NCBI GenBank assembly: GCA_051294375.1
Contig: CM119265.1
Span: forward strand, 17,325,172-17,389,171
DNA length: 64,000 nt
Direction: 5' to 3'
From: Paraspadella gotoi
Taxonomy: Eukaryota > Animalia > Chaetognatha
Shown here: positions 42,475 through 56,594 of the stretch, in pieces
Layout: each line of letters starts with the position of its first letter
Numbering within the stretch: position 1 is the stretch's first letter
The notes under the pieces: generated by a model
Database searches by the model: none
Told to the model about the DNA's origin: nothing
The model's input: the letters and a program-made list of their open reading frames with translations, nothing else
Position numbers and translations under genes: made by a program

Positions 42475-45400
42475 ATGGTTGTAACCCTTAAAGCGGGGGT
42501 GGGATGCTTAGGAAAACTATTATCACCAAGTTCAGGCTTGGTGGCGTTGCGAACCTTCAGTGTAACTCGCTCAGCTGCAGCCACACAACTGACAATACGA
42601 GACGCTCTCAATTCCGCTCTTGACGAGGAGCTTGCCAGGGACGACAAAGTTTTCATCCTCGGCGAAGAAGTGGCCCAGTATGACGGCGCTTACAAAGTGA
42701 CCAGGGGTCTGTGGCGCAAGTATGGGGACAATCGTGTCATCGACACCCCCATTACCGAAATGGGGTTCGCAGGTGAGGTTTTCAGTGTACCAGGGTACTT
42801 TGCTTCAACCCTTGCTCCCTTACCCCAGTTTACCAAACGTGATGACATGAAAGGCCGAGTTTAAAGGAGATCACGCGGACGATCACTTCCTTGTCTTTAA
42901 AGATAAGAAAGCAGATTTCCACGTATTTCCTATATGATCACATTCCTTGAAGCGATTTTCAATTCTGAGAAATAGCTTTTTCTAAATAGAATTGTTGCCG
43001 AGATGCCTGTAAACGTATGAACTTGTCGAACTTTGTATCACAGGAATCGCTGTCGGCGCAGCCTTCGCCGGTTTGAGGCCGGTTTGTGAATTCATGACAT
43101 TTAATTTCGCCATGCAAGCCATCGATCAGATCATAAATTCAGCGGCAAAGACCTATTACATGTCAGCAGGTAGTGTTGAGCAGATCGACGATCAAATAGT
43201 TTCTTAATATCTTTTTTTGAGAGTTTAAAAGGGGTACTGTGGCGGTATATTCACACCGCCTCACATCCACCATCGTTCAGCCAAGTCCATTGGCTCAGAG
43301 GGGGAATACACCATCCCATGCGTAGTGTTCCTTCCAGTCCTAACGACTTCCCTCTGCGTTGGCAAAGCGAGACCGTCCTAGGGTAACCGCGCCAGTGACT
43401 GGATGCGTCACTGAGGGTCGGAAGCCCCCAAAGCCAACAGTGAGATGCCCCATACCAATGGGCATCTGCCCCATACCAATGGGCATCACAGGCAACCTGG
43501 CTGTTGCCATAGTACTTTAATAAAATAATCAAAGCATATAGAATTTTATAGATATTCAAACAAACAGTAACGAATAGTAACGAACGACGTGGGAACGAAC
43601 GATGAAATGATTCCAAACGATAAGTCCTTGTGACGAAGTCAAGTCCGAACTCAGATATCACGAGTCTTCGGTTTAATTTATGATTTATTTATATTTTAGG
43701 CGCAGTGAACGTTCCTATTGTATTTCGAGGGCCAAATGGCGCTGCCATGGGCGTCGCAGCTCAACACTCCCAGTGTTTTGCTGCCTGGTATGGATCTGTG
43801 CCTGGTCTCAGAACGATCTCTCCCTATTCTGCCGAGGATTGCAGGTGAGACCCTCTCACTTTTCAAAAAAAGTTCCAAATCCTTTTATTCAAAAACCTGG
43901 AGGTTTTTTAAAAAGAACCTGATCTGAGTTGGATACCTAAAGACGAGTTTATTTTTGGAAGTAAATTTTATAAAAAAATTTAAAAATTTATAAACATTTA
44001 CATTTGACATTTTTAGTTACACCGCGAGTACACTTTGGTGTCGGTCGGTATGTCTTTTTGTCCGTAGGTTTGTCTCACGTTTTAATTATCCATGATTAGG
44101 GTAATTGTTTATTAATTAAGTTCATGTTTGGTAGGACGGTCTGTTAGGGGTTTTATTTGTTAATGAATTAATGAAAATTTGCAAATTACTTGTTTCACTA
44201 TTTTCTATTTTTATATTTTATGAAGGATTTAGTATTTAATCTATATTATCTAAACAAATATATATTGCTTTCTTTTTTTTTTTTTAAATGTTTTATTTAT
44301 CTAATAATTCAATTCGGGAAGGGGAAGTCAGTGTTGTCTTCTGGAAATAGAGGGAGCATCTATACAACACAAGGTTAGATTACTATCTGTCCTAGTTTTC
44401 TAATAGATATCACACATCATCAAATCATAATATCTAAGAGGCTGAACAGAAAGGGGTGGGAATGGATAATTTTTTGAGGGGGACCAACGTTATATATGAT
44501 TTTTTTTACCAATAGGGATAAGACTACCATGTAGAATTGTATGTTCTGATAGGGATACATACTGGGGAAAGGTCTATAGGGGCACCTTTATGTCATGAAT
44601 ATAATTTTAAAATACTTTAATGAAAATTTTATTTTTTCTTTATCCTATTTTTTAAATATTTCTTTTTGAATATTTGTTATCTATTATGTTTATACAATGG
44701 GAAGGTCATCAGTTGGGAACCTATACCCTTCATGGATTTCGGCTCTTTAATCCCAATATCCAGGTATAGGCGAGCCATCACCAAATGGTGATCCTTCATT
44801 GTTGTTTATCTTATATTTTAAAGGTATATTTTGAATGTTTATCTGAAACAGACCAAAGCCCTGGCATCACAGCATTATTAATTTTAGAGAAATTTCATTA
44901 AGGTTTTGTAATAATTTGTAAATTATAAATAATTAAAATACGTTATATAATTAGTTTAATAATAAGTTAATAATCAAGGGTATGTTAATGTAAAGTTAAC
45001 ATTAAGTTAATTGGTAAAAGTTAAAAAATAAATTAAATCAGAGAGTTAAATAAGTTAAATAAGTTATTTAAATAATATTGTTGATGTTATTATTATAATT
45101 ATTATTTAGTGGTTTATTTTTATTATTTTTTCCTTATCATTTTTACTAGGAACTATCATGTATAATCTTTTTTGAAAATAGGTTAACATCAGTAACATTA
45201 TATTTTTTTATTAGCTCCTTATAATTATTGAAAAATTTAATTCCTATTTTTCTCAAGTCCTTAAATATATAACCCTGACTTTGTAGCTTTTTGCTTAAAT
45301 TTATTGCTCTCGATGAAAAATCTGTAAACGTCGAACATATTCTTGCATATCTTATTAATTGGCTAATAAATACACCTAGTGCTGCTTTTTTAGGAATACA

Positions 45401-47177
45401 ACTGTCCATATATGGGTAATTAACTACTTCAAAAGAAAAGGAATCCCTTTTATCATAAACAGACAGAGTAAGATTTTTGTTTTCTGATTTAATGTTAATG
45501 TCTAAATAATCTACATTTGTATCTGTACTATTAGATTTATTGACAGTAAGTGCTGCTGGATATATGTTGGTAAGATGTATTTTAAAATCCTTAAAATCGG
45601 CTGAAAATATAATAATATTATATTATATAAAATATAATAATATTCAAATGAATAAAAGTCCGATGATGAATCTTCACGAAAGTTTCTTCCCGACAGGTCA
45701 GTAAACGCTTTAATATGCATATATATCACAATTGTGCAGTCATGTTAAATTAACTGAAAAAGCGATCACATCATATAACCATTAAATACGATATAATTTA
45801 AGAAATTTGTGATACTATATTTCGAATTTAATTTTTATTAATTTTTCTGTGCAAAACTTTAAATTTAATTGAGTCCTTGATTTTCCTATTCTTTATCTAA
45901 GGAAACTATTTAAACTATAATTTAATCAATATTATAAAAAAAATATTTTATACATATTAAAAACTATATAACTTAATAAAATTTTTTTTAAAAATTACTG
46001 AAAATTTTGTTATGCTTTATATAATAACTACAGGAGTTTGCTTAATTTTTAAAATTTTGGTAATAGGTATCCTATAAAATGGTCAATACTTGTGCGCATA
46101 TTTATTATAATGAATTAAAGTTTTTCGATCTGGTATAGGAGCAGTGAACTTTTCTTAACATTAAGACACACTGTACTTGGTAAACTTGTATGGTTACAGT
46201 AAAGTTTCATATTTGTATAGTGATTACGCAGAACTACGGTCACGTGATCAGAAAGTAAATGCTTATATTTCGTGTATTATTTGGTTGTTACTTGTTACGT
46301 ATCATAAAATGACAAGTGATAAATTATAAAAAGATTCTTTTGCAGACCTTTTGTACTTAATAGTCACATGATCATTTGGAAAGAAATTCATTGCGGCGCA
46401 ATGCCTTGAACTTACCGGTTCTTGTTTTAGGGGCTTGTTGAAATCCGCCATTCGTGATGACAATCCCGTTTGCTTCCTCGAAAACGAGCTCCTTTATGGA
46501 GTGGCCATGGATATACCGGATCAAGCACTCGATCCAAACTTTCTCATCCCTTTCGGCAAAGCCAAAATAGAGAGGGAGGGTCAACACGTCACGATCGTCG
46601 CCCACTCCAAGGCGGTTGGAACCGCGCTCGAAGCCGCCCAGGTTAGTTTCCACCGAGCTCGCTTTTATTTACTCAGTCGTTTCGTTTCATCGAGAAAAGT
46701 AACTGCGTAGGAATTGGAAGGCGTGGGAGTGAACTGCGAAGTGATTAATCTCCGAAGTATTCGTCCCATGGATGAAGAGGCGATCATTAAATCCATCACA
46801 AAAACAAATCATCTCATTACTGTCGAACAGGCATGTGACGGATCGTTTTTTTTCGAAATTTTTTTTTTACTGTATTGAGGCTACGCCGTTAAATTATAAT
46901 TTTTAAAAAAAAGGGCTGGCCGGGATTTGGGGTCGGCTCAGAAATCATTGCCAGAGTTATGGAATCTTCCGCTTTTAATTATTTGGACGCCCCAGCGCTA
47001 AGAGTGACAGGTAATTCATCTTAAAAGGTTTACTATATTTTTTTTTCTTGTACATAGTCCTGTTTTGTTTTTTCAGGAGCCGACGTGCCGATGCCTTATG
47101 CTAAAACTCTCGAGCAAAACGCTGTCCCTCAACCACAGAATATTGTGAATGCAGTGAAATTATCACTTCATATTTAG
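42475..47177 (+). CDS. PDHB: Pyruvate dehydrogenase E1 beta subunit, mitochondrial (7 exons)
   Basis: Transit peptide, then [85 protein letters not shown] and [13 protein letters not shown]. Confidence 0.97.
43231..43515 (+). ncRNA. ~285-nt GC-rich structured element in PDHB intron 2 (candidate retrozyme-like RNA)
   Basis: Terminal stem GTACTGTGGC (43234-43243) / GCCATAGTAC (43506-43515), several internal hairpins, a 21-bp tandem duplication (43446-43487) and a twister motif inside. Confidence 0.55.
43358..43438 (+). ncRNA. Twister self-cleaving ribozyme, type-P5 permutation; predicted cleavage U43384^A43385
   Basis: GTTGGC(P5)-AAA-GCGA(P2)-GACCG-TCC.TA.GGG(P1)-TAA-CCGC(P2)-GCC-AGTGAC/GTCACT(P3)-GAGGGTCGGAAGCCCCC(P4/L4)-AAA-GCCAAC(P5). 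The GG in L4 is complementary to the CC in GACCG (pseudoknot). Confidence 0.8.
45146..45597 (-). mobile_element. 5'-truncated Penelope-like retroelement: RT C-terminal/thumb region in PDHB intron 3
   Basis: Open frame IYPAALTV...VDYLDINI...[43 protein letters not shown]...KKLQSQGY. It stops soon after the thumb, with no C-terminal GIY-YIG domain. Confidence 0.8.
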
Positions 47178-47592
47178 GGATTCTTGCCTTCCCTCTTCCC
47201 ATCCCACGAATCCCCTTCACCGTCTAATTTTTTCATCGATGCTAGTCCTTCACTATCAGAGTAAAACAGAAACGTTTGTGTTTGATTCTTGTATATTGAT
47301 TGCTCTGGTCAGATTTATTGCTTTGAATTTTCGTTGTAGTTTGTGTTGATGAAGCTAAAAATAATTTAACAGTAAAATAGGTAAAAACTCCACAGGAACT
47401 GATTTACGATCCTTTTTCTACATCTATAGATAAAGCCTCCTTTGAGGCCCCAGATCTGTGCCATTTATTAAACATGCTCTTAATACAACAATTTCATTTG
47501 TAAAGCTACTCGCTTTATATTTACATTAGTACCATCATACTGTTTGCTTTAACAGATTGCATAAATAGAAGCTATCTCGTTTCGCCAGCTCA

Positions 47593-49315
47593 ATGGCTCA
47601 ACAGATAACGAACTTTTTCCCCCCGCGAGGATCGCGATCCAGCGTCACGATGAGTCCTGTGAAGCCGCGATCCTCTTCGTCCTCGACGCCTGGTGCCAAC
47701 GGTGCTCTAAAGATTATCTCTAACAACAGAAAGTAATTATTTGATAGTATTTTTATTTAGATTATCAAAATAAATGACTATTTAAGGAAAAATCCGCTAT
47801 ATATCAATTTGCAGTTGTTCCTGTTAGCAGTTTTTATGTCTTTATATTAGTTACCCAATGACTCGTGATATTGCCCCATCACATTCACCGACAATGCGCG
47901 ACCTGTCGGTATTTTGCGACTCAAAACCCCGCAAAGGAAGTGACAACGAAAACTCGGACGCTCTTTGTTCATCGCAAGAGTCGAACAATTCTTCCGGTGA
48001 GCTGCGTTATCCCTATTCTTTCATTTAATTACGACAGTTGTATCTTTTTACTATCTTTTGTATCTTGTACTTACTACAGGGTCCACTTCTGGAAGTCGGA
48101 AATCGCGGAAAGCTTCGACGGCTAAAACTTCCAAAACGCAACAGGCGCGTGGGACAAATTCCTTCAAGTTCAAGGATGAAGAAGTCCAAACCGACGTCGC
48201 ATGGGATCAGTTCCAGGATATTTTAAAACGCGAAGTCGGCCCTCTTGATGAGTCTACCGATTTGCCGAGAGAAGCTCTGGACCTTCTTGCCGACGGTACT
48301 GGGTTTACAAGAAAGACAAGAATTAGGAAAAAACTTTTAAAAAAGTTATATGATTGTCGTTTGATAAATGCAGCTAGCTGTATTTTTAATTAAATATTTT
48401 TACTAATTATATTTAATTTATTAAATTTTTAAAAATAAATTTATTTTAATATACATTTATTTATAAATTATTCACGTTTGTTGCAATTGTGTTATTTTAA
48501 TTAAGATCAATTTTTTTAAATTAATTTATAATTGGAATAACTTTTTAGCTTTTAGTAATTATATTAAATCAGTTATTATTGCGGATAGCACTCTTCAGTA
48601 GGGTGAAGTGAAAGTTTGGAATCAAAATTTAACAGTTATATCTTGAAAACTATCATAAAGTATAATTGTTTTTTTAAAAATTATTTTACTAACTTTTTGC
48701 AAGGAATCCAAATCCGATCTTAAAATTTAAAAATTGGTAATTTGAAATTTTAGTCTATTATATATTTAATACTATATATAAATATAGCTTACTGGTGCCT
48801 ACCAATATATAAAATTAAAAAATAAATTTATAAAAGTATTTTTATTTATTTTTTTTAATATTTTATATGTTAAATTTTAATTTTCTAAAATTTTATCATT
48901 TTCACATCACTCTACTCTTCAGCCCTCTTAGCGCTTTATCCACATGTGTATAGAAAGTTACATTTCAAATTTTTGTCTGGCAGAACCTTCGGAGACGTAC
49001 TATAAAGATCTCGCTGAGGCTCGTAGAGAAGCTCTGGCAGAGGCTTTGGACGAAAATCAAAGCCTACATGAACTGAACGAACTTTTGCACGGTGAGTTTA
49101 TTTGATTTGGAGAAAAGAGTTAATTTTACGACGCTCGCCTCATTATTTCAGGAGAAAAGGATCAGTTGTCGCAAGATTTTTTGAAAATTTCATCTGCTCA
49201 CGACTCTTTGAAGGAACAACTTGCAAAAATGTCTCAACTCAACGAAACCCTTGAAGAAGAGAATCGACTGTTAAAGGAGGCAATGGGCCTGGACGTTCCT
49301 GAGGACGACCAGTGA
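47593..49315 (+). CDS. GMNN: Geminin-family coiled-coil protein (multi-exon; internal exon boundaries partly uncertain)
   Basis: EALDLLAD|EPSETYYKDLAEARREALAEALDENQSLH matches the geminin coiled coil. TGA at 49313-49315. MCIDAS cannot be fully excluded. Confidence 0.75.
48599..48914. mobile_element. hAT-like MITE in a geminin intron
   Basis: TIRs TAGGGTGAAGTGAAA / TTTCACATCACTCTA with a perfect 8-bp TSD CTCTTCAG (48591-48598 and 48915-48922). Confidence 0.8.
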
Positions 49316-49544
49316 ACCTTCTTGAACGCTTATTTCTCAACCGCCCTTATTCTTAAATCTCAAATTATCCAAAGTTGTGTAGTTGTTTGACTTTCAACTT
49401 TTCATTCCATGACTTTTCCTATTATTTTCACTTCAATTGTTTAACTATTATCACGATTTAATTCAAACTCGCAATTATGCCTTTTACCATTTCAAGATTA
49501 TCCTTGTTATTTCTTTGTAGCTTTTGATATTAACCATTAAAGAA

Positions 49545-51119
49545 ATGGTAATGTTAAACTTATGGATTTTTTTGCTCTTTACTGTCCGCTTATCGTTAAG
49601 CGACGGTTTTCCCTACAACCTCTCAATAACCAACGATGGTCCAGTTCTCTTTGATACTCCGATCTCTATCCGGCTCGAACTCATTCCTAATTCCGGCGAA
49701 ATCAAAAAATCGCCTAAATATTTTTTCAATTGGATAGACAGGAAATCGTATTTCGATTGTCCTATCCGTTTTTCTTCCAATAACTCTCAAGCGCTTTCAT
49801 CCACTTACAACGTAACTTATCATTACCGTTGGCTCCGATGCCCTCCTACGCGCGACAACATTCGGGATGTAGGAGTCGAGGTCTACGACAACCCCGATTT
49901 TGATTGGGATGAACCATTGGCCAGAATCTCCACTACTTTTAAAATGGTTGAAAGTATCGTTGGGAACCTGACCGCTCGCGTCATCACCGATGCTTTCAAT
50001 TTACAAAAAATATCGCAAGAGTTTTTGACCAATCAGCCTGTTGCTTTCGGTTGCGCTTTGCACGATCCCAGTGGCGTCCTTGCGAAAGGAAATTCTTCCT
50101 TTATATGGACCATCACGGACACACCCACTTTTCCTCTAACTAACCTCGGGCCTTTCATTATACACACTTTTAAGAAGCCGGGAGAATACGATGTCCTCAC
50201 GGATGTGTCGGTTTTTATCCAAAGGCCGCCATACCCTGATAGCCCCAAAGGCGTGGTCGAAAAGACAGGTACGATCTCTACTCGCGTTACTATCATCGAC
50301 CCCGTATCGAATCTGCAGATTCACCCTCATAACAATACGATCAAGACGAACGATTGGTTCGTTCTCAACGTCTCTGCGTTGGGTTCGTTCCCTCTAACCA
50401 TCAATTGGACGGTCGAATACATCGGCTATTCTGTGTTGGAACCTCGTTTGCTTTTTTCCGGCCGAACAAACTTTACTTGCCTGTCTCCTTTTTACCCGCC
50501 TTCCCTTGAGTCTGGAAGTTGCGTGGCGTTTATTCGCCAAAATTTCAGCGACATCGGAGCCTACCGAATGAAAATCGTCGCCCAGAACAAAATGTCTCAA
50601 GTCGGGACGGATACCTACTTTTGGGTCTACTCAACCGAACGCCACTTTGACTTCGTCGAGACGCTCATGTTCCCCCTGGTCTTCGTCGTATTCGCCATCG
50701 GCCTTCTTATATTGGGCTACGTTCAGTATTTAAAGCGGCGCAGCTGGTTCAACCGGAGTCTGGAGGTGGCCGATTTCGAAGTGGAATACTCCAACTCGTC
50801 ACCGCCTTTTTCTCCCCGGACGTTTTTCGTCGAGGCTTGGAACGATTACGTCGGATGGATTCAGTCCATTGTCGATCCGCCGAACGCTTCCAAGCGGAGG
50901 TACGACGAGATCGAAGGCCGAACTTTCACCCTGAGTGGAGAAACTCGTGAAGTCACTCGGTTTGACAGACAAAGCTACATTCACCTCCAGTCGAAAGAAC
51001 ACCTTGGCTTTAGCGAGAACAGCTTGGACAGTGACGAAATTATCAATGGCGTATCTGAGGCCGAAATTACTGTCGTTTCCTACCAAAATTATAAATCTGC
51101 GGATCTTCCAGTGACGTAA
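49545..51119 (+). CDS. TMEM130: TMEM130-like PKD-domain type I membrane protein, single exon
   Basis: Signal peptide, YNLSITNDGP, PKD-like repeats (LHDPSG, HTFKKPGEY), TM helix and cytoplasmic LEVADF motif. Confidence 0.7.
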   Translation: MVMLNLWIFLLFTVRLSLSDGFPYNLSITNDGPVLFDTPISIRLELIPNSGEIKKSPKYFFNWIDRKSYFDCPIRFSSNNSQALSSTYNVTYHYRWLRCPPTRDNIRDVGVEVYDNPDFDWDEPLARISTTFKMVESIVGNLTARVITDAFNLQKISQEFLTNQPVAFGCALHDPSGVLAKGNSSFIWTITDTPTFPLTNLGPFIIHTFKKPGEYDVLTDVSVFIQRPPYPDSPKGVVEKTGTISTRVTIIDPVSNLQIHPHNNTIKTNDWFVLNVSALGSFPLTINWTVEYIGYSVLEPRLLFSGRTNFTCLSPFYPPSLESGSCVAFIRQNFSDIGAYRMKIVAQNKMSQVGTDTYFWVYSTERHFDFVETLMFPLVFVVFAIGLLILGYVQYLKRRSWFNRSLEVADFEVEYSNSSPPFSPRTFFVEAWNDYVGWIQSIVDPPNASKRRYDEIEGRTFTLSGETREVTRFDRQSYIHLQSKEHLGFSENSLDSDEIINGVSEAEITVVSYQNYKSADLPVT

Positions 51120-51839
51120 GTCGTCCGAAAAAAAGATTCTTTATCAACGTGAAAAGTTTTTGCCTCTTGCCTTTTACAATTAACATTCTATATTTTGAAC
51201 CTTTTAATTTTGTATGCGACGTCTTTGATGACGATTGCTTTAGTTTCGATAGTTTTATGTCAAACAACCATAAGGATTAATTGCTTAGATAAAATTGGAA
51301 AGTGGGTTAAATTATCACTTGGAAAACGTTTTCATTACCTCACATATTCTTGTCGAACAATGAACACAGTAATAGTTTACTTATACTAATACTAATACAC
51401 TTATTTAACTTTTGAGACGTATTTATTTTTGGGCAATGGATAGATTACGTACCTCTTTTGGCTGTGATTGCAGCGTTATCACGTATGCTTGTATACTTGA
51501 TCGAAAATATAAAATGATAACCGTAAAAATTGGCCTACCTTCTGTTACCATACCTATAGAATTAAATTCTTTGGCAATACATCACCGGATTTTAGTGTAT
51601 GTTAGCAATTTGGAAGTTTGGCAAAATCTTAGTTAAATCGAGTCTGTGTGCTACATTTAGACGCATATCATTTTATAAATCCAATCGATCTATGACTATT
51701 AACTATTTTCATTTTGTTTTTCCTTATTACGGTAATTTTTTGTAATTCCGGTTGTTTTTCTTGAATATATATGTATTGGTTGAACCAATTTCATAGAATG
51801 AAAAAATATTATTTCTTAAAACTCTGACAACTCTCGGTC

Positions 51840-55915
<4,076 letters not shown>

Positions 55916-56044
55916 GTTTTAGTTTTTTGTTCATATTTTTTATTGAACGTTGTTTCCTTTCATTTTTTGTTATTTTACTACTGTGATAAATAAATTTTGC
56001 AGCAGGGAATTTTGTCGTTCACTCCTAAAGATAAAAATTTGAAG

Positions 56045-56421
56045 ATGCTGTTTTATTCTTTTTTTAAGGTAAGCTTACTTTTGTTTGTTATTTCGCTCAT
56101 CATATTTGCTCCAAAACGCTCTTATACATTTGTTGTTGTTTTTTTTTTATCCAGTCCCTCGTTGGGAAAGATGTGGTTGTTGAATTGAAGAACGATCTCA
56201 GCATTCACGGAACTCTTCATTCCGTCGACCAATATCTCAATATAAAACTGACGGATATTTCGGTCACGGATCCAGAGAAGTACCCACACATGTTGTCCGT
56301 GAAAAACTGCTTCATCCGAGGCTCTGTGGTTCGCTACGTACAGTTGCCCGCCGACGAATGCGACACAACCTTACTGCAGGACGCCGCAAGAAAAGAGGCT
56401 GCTCAGAGCAAAGCGCGATGA
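56045..56421 (+). CDS. LSM2: U6 snRNA-associated Sm-like protein LSm2 (exons 56045-56068, 56155-56421)
   Basis: MLFYSFFK|SLVGKDVVVELKNDLSIHGTLHSVDQYLNIKLTDISVTDPEKYPHMLSVKNCFIRGSVVRYVQLP. Confidence 0.97.
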
Positions 56422-56594
56422 TCCGCATATGTTAATACTTTGCACGTTTCTCTTTTTTGATCGCCATCAATTTCACTGCATAAAACTCCGTTTTGATCAT
56501 TATTTTTGTTGCATTTTTCTAGTTTTTAAAATGTATTTCATGGTTCAATTTTCTCGAAAAATCGTCCTCGTGTTGGTAACGTGACTTAACGACT

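Noticed and set aside
42839-42968. Box C/D snoRNA in PDHB intron 1 (GTGATGA...CTGA)
   Set aside because: No terminal stem or recognisable rRNA/snRNA guide, and such boxes arise easily by chance.
43231-43515. Identity as 7SK, SRP, RNase P/MRP or telomerase RNA (minus strand has GGATGTGAGGCG, an Alu-like TGTGA junction and a T4 end)
   Set aside because: No paired GATC motifs, no proper SRP helix 8, no CR-I/CR-V pair and no telomeric template. The + strand twister match is much more specific.
43251-43661. 136-aa minus-strand ORF in PDHB intron 2
   Set aside because: Non-ATG start, no protein motif, and its repeat simply reflects the 21-bp duplicated hairpin.
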